Assembly: GCA_965644265.1 (NCBI GenBank)
Contig: OZ286461.1
Location: 44,826,001 to 44,890,000 of the forward strand
Direction of reading: 5' to 3'
DNA: 64,000 bases
Source: Glycera tridactyla
Taxonomy: Eukaryota
Shown here piece after piece: positions 37,101 through 45,953 of the stretch (within the stretch, counting starts at the first letter, position 1; each line of letters opens with the position of its first letter). Made by a program: the position numbers and the translations under genes. The notes beneath the pieces were generated by a model. The model saw only the letters and a program-made list of their open reading frames with translations. It was not told where the DNA came from and ran no database searches.

Positions 37101-39275
37101 CGTTAACGCAAAAAACCTGCGTCCCTACGCAATTATATTGGCAAGGACGCAAAAATAACATCCTGCTTGCGTCCTAGGGACGCAATTATCATGCCACTGA
37201 GGAAACAGGTTGCATTTCCCATGTAACACCCCATCCCCTCCGATGAAACACCCCATCCCCCTCCAAGGCAGGGGGCTAGCAACTCCCCTCCAACCTTTGC
37301 TCTCAGAGAGGTCATGTTTCAAATACCTCACATATGTCACTGCTGGATCATTTCACCAACAGCTGTGATCCTGAATTTCACTATTGCTGCCTTGCTAGAG
37401 GTCCGCAGATTGAAGTGAAATGTTTTCTAGTCTTATAGACAGGCATTTGAGTGTATATACCAAGATTGTCCCTTGTGGGCAAATACAGATTCTGGGCATA
37501 AAGATATCTATGGAGGCGAAACCCCAATCTGGACAAGAATCAATTGGATCATTAGAAATACCACCCTGATGGCAAAGTTCCATCATGCTTTGCAAGCATT
37601 AGTGAATCTATTGAAAAATAAACATGCCAAGTTTCTTGGGGCTAGTTGCTGAGCAAAGGGACTTACCGTGTATTCAGGATGAGTTGGCAGCTCATTCGTC
37701 CCCGGCCCCATAGCCCGTGCATATGGAGCCCCTCCTGCCAGCTGCCAACTCATCCTGAATACACTATAAACATGACCTCAAGGCAGCAATGCCGATGACC
37801 ATGCTGATGCCGGTGCAATCACAATGCCCCTTTAAACTTTGCTGAGGTGAGGTGAAAATGGGACCCCAAAATGTCAGTGGGGACCCCATTTTTGCAATAT
37901 GATTGGGTCCCAGGACCCCATTTCACAAATTCCTAGCGCGATCACTGGGTTTGACTGTATTGTACACGGTTTTCTGCTAGCTTCTCTGATTGGCCAGTGC
38001 TCACTGAAAATGAATTGGCAAAATGGGAATAATCTAGATCAAGATAACCATGTTATTTACAATTAAGCACTGTAATCTACACTTCCTGGTCATACATTTA
38101 ACTTACCCCACAATAAAGGGCGAACCCCAACATCAAGCCCTGATTTTTCCCTGTATTTGTTGGCTTCACATCAATTGAAGGGTTATGTTGGATTATTGAC
38201 AACTGGCAAAGGTTATCAAATTTTATTCTTCAATAAATTCAAGGTCATGAATCAAGTTTTACTCTCATGATCCTCAACTCACATGGGTCATTCTCATCAC
38301 ATCAGAGGCCAGAACAATCAGATTTATTTTCAATAAATGTTTTGCCATTGTCACAGTTTTCATAGCGTGGAGGTCACTTTTAGTGTATTTTTCCAGTGGT
38401 GGGGAGGGCGGAGGGCACCGAAAATTCCAGAGTGGAGGGGGTGGATAGAAAATAATCAAAAGGCTATGGTCAGGCTGAAAGGGGGAGGGGCACAGGTCCC
38501 TTCTGCCACACTCTAGATCTGCCACTGGTTTCACCCTTGCCATATTACTGCCCAACAAAACTCCACCTGTGATAGATAGATAGATCTCGTGAAGTGGAAT
38601 AGAAATCATCCGAGCATGAAGCAGATCAGTATAGCAGATTCACACCAAACCCACTCAAACTGCAGCGCTGGTGAAGCAGAAAGATCATAACCAATGGAAT
38701 TTTACACAAGTTATTCTGAAGGAGGGTGCACTGAATGTCTCCTCTGCGTGAAAAATAATCGTCTAAACTACTGATTAGCACAACTAGACAAAAACTTCAA
38801 TCCTGACTGAAAGCTTGACAGCCCTCTGGCTCACTGCCCAACTGACAGGCTGGGGTGACCCAAATGATAGGACAAGCTGACCCACTGAACCTGCTACAAA
38901 CCATATCCCATCATCCCCCTCAACCCCAGGGTTTGTGATCTGATTTACATAGATTGCTAGATCAAAGGGTTATGGCGCGACAAGTCTGGTGGGCGAGTCG
39001 GCGCTTCGTGTGAAAAGACGTAAGTGAAGTCGTCATGTTTTGTTGATCTGTTAAAACTGAGAGACAGGCATAAGCCGGCAAAACTTACTGAAAAACAAGC
39101 GATATTCCAGGGTGTTGCGACCACCACGTTCTTCGACTGAGTAAGACATGTTTCTGTAGTGTAAGGCGGTTGAGATACGGGGAGAATGAAGTCGGAGAGA
39201 TGGTAACCGAGTGGACACAAGTTGCGAAGTGACCGCTCGCCCAAGCCGAACAGCAGACTGCAAACCACGTTGCAT
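9737..39275 (-). CDS. PPA1: Family I soluble inorganic pyrophosphatase (PPA1/PPA2 co-ortholog), spliced gene, 3'-incomplete in this window
   Basis: Joining 39275-39089, 32730-32612, 16809-16690, 15130-15044, 14149-14086 and 9799-9737 gives GT..AG introns with matching phases and a continuous frame: (presequence)[171 protein letters not shown]. It contains the PPase hallmarks EVPRW.NAK.E, YGA.PQTWEDP, GDNDPID and DEGETDWK. Confidence 0.97.
9863..10044. mobile_element. TA-flanked MITE (TACAGTGAAACCTG subfamily)
   Basis: TIR cagtgaaacctgc, TA TSD, internal gagaccgcc/ggtggtctctc motifs. Confidence 0.9.
10155..12960 (+). mobile_element. Cluster of head-to-tail HINE-like elements in pyrophosphatase intron 5
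   Basis: AACAAG-type starts at 10155, 11424 and 12832; tgaccttgaaggtca subrepeats at 11540-12090; a unit at 12227-12634 with (GGAC)-type microsatellite and cacgcat..atgcgtg end hairpin; another end hairpin attcct..aggaat at 12806-12832. Confidence 0.6.
13018..13904. mobile_element. Non-autonomous DNA transposon, CAGTG termini, 6-bp TSD
   Basis: Perfect 18-bp TIR cagtgttcacgaaaaact; cgacat on both flanks (13012-13017 and 13905-13910). Confidence 0.9.
14086..14149 (-). CDS. PPA1: Pyrophosphatase coding exon 5
   Basis: gcttcag|GTG CAT ... GAT GAA G|gtgagt; encodes [21 protein letters not shown](G). Confidence 0.96.
15044..15130 (-). CDS. PPA1: Pyrophosphatase coding exon 4
   Basis: tgtttcag|ACC TGG ... 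TTC AAA|gtaagt; encodes [29 protein letters not shown], including the active-site GDNDPID motif. Too short for the ORF track. Confidence 0.97.
16145..16419. mobile_element. MITE, CAGGGA termini, 6-bp TSD
   Basis: 12-bp TIR cagggatgtgat; atcaat on both flanks. Related partial copies lie at about 5581-5835 and 19890-20110. Confidence 0.85.
16690..16809 (-). CDS. PPA1: Pyrophosphatase coding exon 3
   Basis: ctttcag|ATT GAT ... CCT CAG|gttagt; encodes [40 protein letters not shown]. Confidence 0.97.
17171..17746. mobile_element. MITE, CAGGG termini, 5-bp TSD
   Basis: TIR cagggcgcgaaga; agatg on both flanks; CpG-rich interior. Confidence 0.88.
18544..19401. mobile_element. Tc1/mariner-type non-autonomous element (CCGTA termini, TA TSD) nested in a TA-MITE
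   Basis: TIR ccgtaa(a)tgacgt.ataatcgccc; removing it restores tatttgactatgtcaaatag of the host MITE at 18451-19492. Confidence 0.88.
23505..23684. mobile_element. TA-flanked MITE, near-identical to 59208-59388
   Basis: TIR cagtgaaacctg; the interior gggaccaaattt...ttaagacaggattttgc is shared with 59208-59388. Confidence 0.9.
26850..27110 (+). repeat. Unclassified dispersed repeat (second copy at about 52040-52260 on the minus strand)
   Basis: The block acatctaggccacatc.tccccgat.gcaacact...gtggctgccttct.t.gaga.cctggact.ccaccctac is shared between the two copies. Confidence 0.75.
27116..27333. mobile_element. MITE, CAGGG termini, 5-bp TSD
   Basis: TIR cagggctctacgtt; ggttg on both flanks. 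Confidence 0.88.
27520..28227. mobile_element. MITE with 6-bp TSD hosting a nested insertion
   Basis: TIR ca(t/g)agatgccaa; caccta on both flanks. A related fragment lies at about 2631-2760. Confidence 0.8.
27576..28124. mobile_element. MITE, CAGAG termini, 6-bp TSD (nested)
   Basis: TIR cagagctgcatc(t/c)agg; agagta on both flanks; same family as 30901-31490. Confidence 0.92.
29477..29925. mobile_element. MITE, CAGGG termini, 5-bp TSD
   Basis: TIR cagggttcc(t/c)gc; ctata on both flanks; subterminal taagac repeats. Confidence 0.85.
30901..31490. mobile_element. MITE, CAGAG termini, 6-bp TSD, inserted into a TA-MITE
   Basis: Perfect 16-bp TIR cagagctgcatccagg; agacaa on both flanks; the host MITE starts at 30875. 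Confidence 0.92.
32612..32730 (-). CDS. PPA1: Pyrophosphatase coding exon 2
   Basis: ttttgcag|AG GAT GGA ... ATG GAG|gtaggt; encodes (K)[14 protein letters not shown]...[11 protein letters not shown]. Confidence 0.97.
32795..33426. mobile_element. TA-flanked non-autonomous element just upstream of pyrophosphatase exon 2
   Basis: Imperfect TIR (a/c)tgtattc..cctaattagc, with TA on both flanks. Confidence 0.7.
36381..36506 (+). repeat. Minisatellite, 3 units of ttacaaggccaacagtg(tctg)n
   Basis: Directly visible tandem repeat. Confidence 0.85.
37092..37947. mobile_element. CAGTG-ended element inserted in a TA-MITE end
   Basis: TIR cagtgatcgcg; removing the element restores caagcaggtttgactgta. 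The left junction is irregular (see findings). A small 25-bp-TIR MITE is nested at about 37667-37764. Confidence 0.7.
39089..39275 (-). CDS. PPA1: Pyrophosphatase coding exon 1 (predicted mitochondrial presequence plus mature N-terminus)
   Basis: ATG at 39275 starts [42 protein letters not shown]; a second in-frame ATG at 39149 starts [10 protein letters not shown]...YRLFF. The exon ends TTC A|gtaagt (phase 1). Confidence 0.9.
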
Positions 39276-39326
39276 TGGAAGGCCGCAAGCTGTCACCGGT
39301 GAAGAGGAAGTTCAGAAAGTTGAAGA

Positions 39327-39336
39327 GCGCATGCGC
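39327..39336. promoter_or_regulatory. NRF1-type palindromic site in the CpG-rich pyrophosphatase promoter region
   Basis: Perfect GCGCATGCGC about 50 bp upstream of the first ATG; an ETS-core GGAAGT lies near 39306 and a YY1-like AAATGGCG near 39390. Function is inferred from motifs only. Confidence 0.55.
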
Positions 39337-40029
39337 TTGATATCGCAAGTGACATCTGGCGGAACAGGTGCCCCTCGACACAGGCGCGCCATTTGAAAGC
39401 GAAAGTCGTGGATCAACCCACAATGCAATCGTTTTTGCGCGTATGTTAACAACCAATTGAAGGTGAACATGCAACCCTGCCATCGGATGCCATCGCAACC
39501 AAAAGAAATTTGGGTGGTGAGGTCACCCAGAAAGAAACTGAAGTGACATAAAGAGAAAATGCACGTTGACCTGGCTGATCATCTGGCAGTGATTATGGCG
39601 AGGATCCAACAAAGACGAAAGTAGGGTAAACACCCGTGGATGTTCATAAACAGCCAGCTGCGAATATATTGCGGGTTTGAGATGCGAATTGACAAGTTCA
39701 CTGTAGTACGTGATAGGTGATAAGTAATAAGTACAGTCAAACCTGTTTATAAAGACTGCCTTCGGTCGCATAAAAAAAATGGTCATCATAGGGAAGTGGT
39801 CCTTATAGAGAGGTCATTTACAGTTAAAAATACCACCAAGGTCGCAGCTCAGGGCGGTCTTTATAGGGAAGTGGTCTTCATCGAGAGGTGGTCTTTAGAG
39901 GAGGTTCGACTGTATTTTTATTTCTGTAACAAGACACACACGCTCTGCAGTTCTCGTGTACGAATTATTGGTATAGCAAAATTGACATAATTTTGATACA
40001 TTAACTAACCATATATTCACTGTTTTCAG

Positions 40030-40030
<1 letters not shown>

Positions 40031-40098
<68 letters not shown>

Positions 40099-40136
40099 AC
40101 AGACAGACAGACAGTAGAAGGTAGAAGTAGGTAGGT

Positions 40137-40207
<71 letters not shown>

Positions 40208-40500
40208 AGTAACTTTATTTCTGTAATAAGTAATAAGTAACTTTATTTCTGTGACAAGATACACAACAATCGAACAAGAAAACATGCTAATATTTACAGG
40301 TAATACATTCAAACACAATTCAGAGCATTATGGAACACCATATATACATCACACATATATCAATACAACTCATTACGCGTAGTGTTCCATATCAGGCAAA
40401 TTCAAGTAGTAATAACTATGTTGCGTTGTCCCGCCCTTAAAAGAGGCTATTTGTCACAATCTAATAGGGGAGTAGTCTTTACTCACTCTAGTATAATATA
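40031..40500 (-). mobile_element. LINE-like 3' end with a (TAC)n tail
   Basis: The minus strand reads AATAAAGTTACTT twice followed by a long (TAC)n tract, the layout of CR1/L2 3' ends. Confidence 0.5.
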
Positions 40501-41099
40501 ACATGGTAAGTACATAGGTTGGTGACTGTCAGCGCAAGTGATACATATAACGAAAAAAGAAAAAAATACAGTATAACTATATACAGCAGGGAACGTATAA
40601 CTATATACAGCAGGGAACAACATCAAATACATTTCACCTTAGCAACTCCGGAGATAATGGGATATCAATACAATTCCTCAATCATTATATCAAATAAATA
40701 AAGAAATGAATAAATAATAAGCAAAAAAAAAATCAATCGGCATTCACGCAGATAGGTAGATCAATAGCTATTAAGGTATATCGGAGAGTACACAAGATGT
40801 CATTCAGTCAAAGTATATACATATCCACAGAGATATTTCACTTAGATNNNNNNNNNNNNNNNNNNNNNNNNNNNNNNNNNNNNNNNNNNNNNNNNNNNNN
40901 NNNNNNNNNNNNNNNNNNNNNNNNNNNNNNNNNNNNNNNNNNNNNNNNNNNNNNNNNNNNNNNNNNNNNNNNNNNNNNNNNNNNNNNNNNNNNNNNNNNN
41001 NNNNNNNNNNNNNNNNNNNNNNNNNNNNNNNNNNNNNACATGAAGACGTATTTTATCATATAGTCCAGTGAACAATCATGATATGCAAAATAAATAACC

Positions 41100-41255
41100 A
41101 TGGTGTATCTGGTTTTAACATAAACATGACAATCAGGTTGCAGTGGGAGACTAGGCTAATGACACATTTTCGATTATTTGCCCTATTGTATTTTTTTTTA
41201 TTACCCTATACTGTATCGCCTGGCTAAATAAAGTTGTCTTACTGTCTTACTGACT
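41100..41255 (+). mobile_element. LINE-like 3' end
   Basis: Ends in ggctaaataaagttgtcttactgtcttactg (AATAAA followed by a short tandem tail). Confidence 0.4.
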
Positions 41256-41971
41256 TTCACTATGATTTCTGATCTAATTAGGGTCACCCACCCCACATTG
41301 GGGTTATTGGACTGTCTAAATTACCAAGTTAATAAATTCACTTTATATGAATGTCGCTACTAGTCAGTTAGATCTCACTTAAACTACATAGACTCTTGCA
41401 GGTATTAGTTCACATTTTTCATACATTGGCACAATAATACAGGTCAACTTTGTCAATTTGTTTAAATAATAACGAAAAACCGCAAAAAAAACATAATAGA
41501 CATGTTCTACTTGTCCGGTATGGGTGGTCATCTCTCTTGGCCACTACATATCACCGGACTTAACGATAGAGGAAAGATATGTGTTAGTGATATCAAAATC
41601 TATCTATTGATGCTTAGTTCCTGAGACAGAAGGGGCTGAAAGTCTCGTGTCTCAGTGGTCAAGCGGTTAGCGATATTGGTGCATTTTTGGTGGGTATGCA
41701 GGGTTTGTTTTCTATTTCTCTACGTATATGTTCTAGCGGGCTAGTGACTGGGCTCCCGCCGACATGTACAGGATGGCTTTGCGTGTGAGATACAGTCGAA
41801 CCTGTCTATAAAGACCGCCTTCGGTCGCATCAAAAAGCGGTCTTTGTGGGCAGGTGGTCTTTATAGAGAGGTCATTTACTGTTGAAAATACTACCACGGT
41901 CGCAGCTCAGGTGGTCTTTATAGAGAGGTGGTCTTTATAGAGAGGTGGTCTTTAGAGCAGGTTCGACTGTA

Positions 41972-42076
41972 CATTTCCTCTATCCATTTCGAGAATATTC
42001 GTATATACTGTGACTGTAAAAGGGTTCTAATTTTTTCTTGGTCCTCCAGGAATTCAAAATATGGTAGTGATTCATT
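41972..42076 (-). mobile_element. LINE ORF2 extreme C-terminal fragment
   Basis: LPYFEFLEDQEKIRTLLQSQYIRIFSKWIEEMY resembles non-LTR ORF2 C-termini. It is bounded by a gap on one side and a TA-MITE on the other. Confidence 0.5.
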
Positions 42077-43272
42077 NNNNNNNNNNNNNNNNNNNNNNNN
42101 NNNNNNNNNNNNNNNNNNNNNNNNNNNNNNNNNNNNNNNNNNNNNNNNNNNNNNNNNNNNNNNNNNNNNNNNNNNNNNNNNNNNNNNNNNNNNNNNNNNN
42201 NNNNNNNNNNNNNNNNNNNNNNNNNNNNNNNNNNNNNNNNNNNNNAGTAGCAGACAGCGGTAGTAGTGGGNNNNNNNNNNNNNNNNNNNNNNNNNNNNNN
42301 NNNNNNNNNNNNNNNNNNNNNNNNNNNNNNNNNNNNNNNNNNNNNNNNNNNNNNNNNNNNNNNNNNNNNNNNNNNNNNNNNNNNNNNNNNNNNNNNNNNN
42401 NNNNNNNNNNNNNNNNNNNNNNNNNNNNNNNNNNNNNNNNNNNNNNNNCGCCCTCTCGGATATTTCACCAACAATGTGCATAAAGGTCGCTAGATGGCGG
42501 TTCCTAATCGAGTGGGGCTAGGCAAGTAAATAAAGCAAATAAAGAAAATATCGGATAACTAGATATATAGACAACGAAATATTGCGATGTAAATTGGAGA
42601 AATATTACTTTTATAAATAGGTACTGGGAATTCCTATACAAATATTTCGAAATTTGATGGAAATTAGGACTTCGTGTTTCATATAATGTGATCATATAAC
42701 CCCAATCATGCATCATACTCGACTGTACGAAAAGTGAAATTTCACCGTGCAGGGTAGCTTCGAGTGAAACTATAAACTTGTTTTCAATATCTCCAGCGGC
42801 GGTTGAGACTATAGTCTCCCGCTAACAAAAAAAAAAAAAAAAAAAAAATAACATGTGGACTAAGTGGGTATGTAGACTCGGCCCGTAAGGTGGCTATGTT
42901 AATGCGTGGACGGTTGGCGAGTGGTTTTGAGAGAAGATAGGTGGGTGAACGTGTGGCTTGGGTGCATGGAGTGGTTGGGTGACTGGGTTGGCAGTTGGCT
43001 GTGTGGGTGGATGGATGCTTGGGTAGGTGTGCGAGTGGGTGAGTAGATCGGTGGGTCAGTCGAGGATGGGTTTGGTGGGTAAGTATGATTATAGTCGAGT
43101 ACTTAGTTAGGTAGGAAGTTATGTCGGTAGATGAGTAGGTGGGTGGGTAGGTGGGTGGTGGGACAGGTAGGTAGTGTACAGGTAGGTGAGTGGGTGGGTA
43201 GATAGGTATAAATGCATGATTGGATGGATGGGCGGGTAATTAGGTAAGTGCAAGGGTGGGTAGGTACGTGGA

Positions 43273-43897
43273 NNNNNNNNNNNNNNNNNNNNNNNNNNNN
43301 NNNNNNNNNNNNNNNNNNNNNNNNNNNNNNNNNNNNNNNNNNNNNNNNNNNNNNNNNNNNNNNNNNNNNNNNNNNNNNNNNNNNNNNNNNNNNNNNNNNN
43401 NNNNNNNNNNNNNNNNNNNNNNNNNNNNNNNNNNNNNNNNNNNNNNNNNNNNNNNNNNNNNNNNNNNNNNNNNNNNNNNNNNNNNNNNNNNNNNNNNNNN
43501 NNNNNNNNNNNNNNNNNNNNNNNNNNNNNNNNNNNNNNNNNNNNNNNNNNNNNNNNNNNNNNNNNNNNNNNNNNNNNNNNNNNNNNNNNNNNNNNNNNNN
43601 NNNNNNNNNNNNNNNNNNNNNNNNNNNNNNNNNNNNNNNNNNNNNNNNNNNNNNNNNNNNNNNNNNNNNNNNNNNNNNNNNNNNNNNNNNNNNNNNNNNN
43701 NNNNNNNNNNNNNNNNNNNNNNNNNNNNNNNNNNNNNNNNNNNNNNNNNNNNNNNNNNNNNNNNNNNNNNNNNNNNNNNNNNNNNNNNNNNNNNNNNNNN
43801 NNNNNNNNNNNNNNNNNNNNNNNNNNNNNNNNNNNNNNNNNNNNNNNNNNNNNNNNNNNNNNNNNNNNNNNNNNNNNNNNNNNNNNNNNNNNNNNNN
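43273..43897. other. Assembly gap (N run); other gaps at 6331-6484, 40848-41037, 42077-42245, 42271-42448 and 54643-54890
   Basis: Runs of n. Confidence 1.
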
Positions 43898-45348
43898 CGC
43901 GCCTATATTGGGTGAGTCCACTTGCAAGTTAGCCGGTGTGCGTGAGTACACGCTCAGAGCACAGCAAGGGTGTGATCCACACACAATGGGAGGCTGCAAA
44001 CAAGCATCACCATGGTCACACCATATACAATGTCAGCCACCCGCATCTCGCGAAAAACAATACAGTCCCCAAGACTTGAGCCAAACTAACTCAGCGAAAT
44101 GACGATTACTAGTTGACTGATTGCGAAGCTATGTAACGGATGTACTGATGGGAATTTCTCAAATTCCGTTCTTCATGCAAAATCTTAAAAGTTGAGAATT
44201 TTCTACACTTTGATACCCAATATTCTCGTTTGATATTCTCACTAATTCGTGGTGACAAGATGACAAGTGTTCTGCTCAGCGCGGTGAGTACATGTCTGTC
44301 TGCCGGCTTTTCACTCCACCTACTAATCCATCTTCAATCGCCCATCGTTCTCGTGATGGTCAAAGTTCCGCAATGACGATGGAGGGAAACAAATTCTGTA
44401 ATGAAAATGTCATGACGATGCTGATTATCTTATGTTTTATATTAGTTGCTTTCGTTAACAACCATCGCATCTACCACCACTACCACTATCACCACCACCA
44501 CCACAAACACCAACCACTGGATATGAATGCGACCCACTCGAAATACTCATTTTTTAAACGTCCAGTTAATGCAGATGTCCATTGTTGGATGTGTGAATTA
44601 TCATCATTGGTTGTGATCAAGTTCTCCATGTTTTCGTTGAATGTGGGGATACCAACCAGTCAGGCAGTAATTTGTCAATGTTGACAAGAAATTACATGCA
44701 TTACATATATAAATACTTTATCGCATATGTACACCACCAGGATTTGGATTTGTAAATTTCGTATTCATTGTAGAATCTTGTGTTATCTAAATTTATGTTT
44801 GTGCTGATGATAATGGAAATGAGTCTTAATGGCTCATCGAACTCAAAAAATGTTTGAAGCTCTTGAAGCATTCAAAGCACTAGCAACACCACCACCACCC
44901 ACCCACCAAAGTAACATCCCCCAGTACCACCACTTTACTTATAATGAAACCATAGCTATCGGGCTTGAGTGTCAGCTTCCACCCAAACAAAACCAGCAGA
45001 TATGATACCTTCCATATTAGTATCATTGTCATCTCAGCATGCGTGTCCATGCTTGTGAATATTTTGTATACTATTCTGTACATAAATACTTGACCATGTA
45101 ATGATGCTCAATTGTGTGATGCGGCGATGCTTTGTTGCTGAATATTAACTGTCGAAATCAGTATGTCAAGTTATGACGACTTGAATTAAACATACAGTAC
45201 AGTATCTATAATGTGATTCAATAATAATAATAATGATTCAATAAAGTTTATTCATGAATATGAGAATAAATCCTCATTTCCATTTCATACTACATCACAT
45301 CACATAACAACATCATAGAATTCAAATTACGCACAAAAACAAATTACG

Positions 45349-45530
45349 TACAGTCAAACCTGCTCTAAAGACCACCTCTCTATAAAGACCACTTTTCTAT
45401 AAAGACTACCCTGAACTGCGACCGTGGTAGTATTTTCAACAGTAAACAACCTCTCTATAAAGACCACCTGCTCATAAAGACCACTTTTTTATGCGACCGA
45501 AGGCGGTCTTTATAAACAGGTTTGACTGTA
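45349..45530. mobile_element. TA-flanked MITE about 160 bp upstream of the ankyrin start codon
   Basis: TIR cagtcaaacctg; internal ataaagaccacc repeats. Confidence 0.9.
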
Positions 45531-45689
45531 CATGTTTAATCATAATCAAACCATTATCGAATGATAATGCGCTGCAAATCACAGCTTTAGACATCAGATT
45601 ACTACCAAGGCATTTGTATCTATGCTATTTCTTTCTGTTAATATCATTCCATTATGTAATTGTATATATGTCATAAGGCAGTGGTGGAA

Positions 45690-45953
45690 ATGAGCCATGC
45701 AAGCTTGCTCATCGAAGACAGTGGTTTTTTTAAGCCTTTTGAAGCCTTTGGGGCCTTAATCTTGAAGTTCGCTGACGTATATATGCAGGTGACGTCGGGG
45801 CGATGTCGGCAGACACGTCTGTTGTTAGAGACGGGTAGTAACGTACACCAGGCTGATGAGTGTGGCCAGACATCTCTCCTTCTAGCCGTCTTTCTACAAC
45901 GTGCCAAAACCAGGGAGAGACTTATCCGCATTCTCCTCAAGTATAAAGCAAAG
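45690..45953 (+). CDS. Ankyrin gene coding exon 1
   Basis: ATG AGC CAT ... GCA AAG|gtaggt. The start is uncertain by a few codons because a possible acceptor lies just upstream (tcataag). Confidence 0.85.

Noticed and set aside
39085-39498. 137-aa ORF overlapping pyrophosphatase exon 1 in another frame
   Set aside because: Explained by GC-rich promoter and exon sequence; the real frame is the one matching PPase.
42061-44102. Long ORFs in the track spanning N runs, and ORFs over (CA)n, (AGT)n and (GGT)n tracts elsewhere
   Set aside because: Artefacts of assembly gaps and simple repeats.
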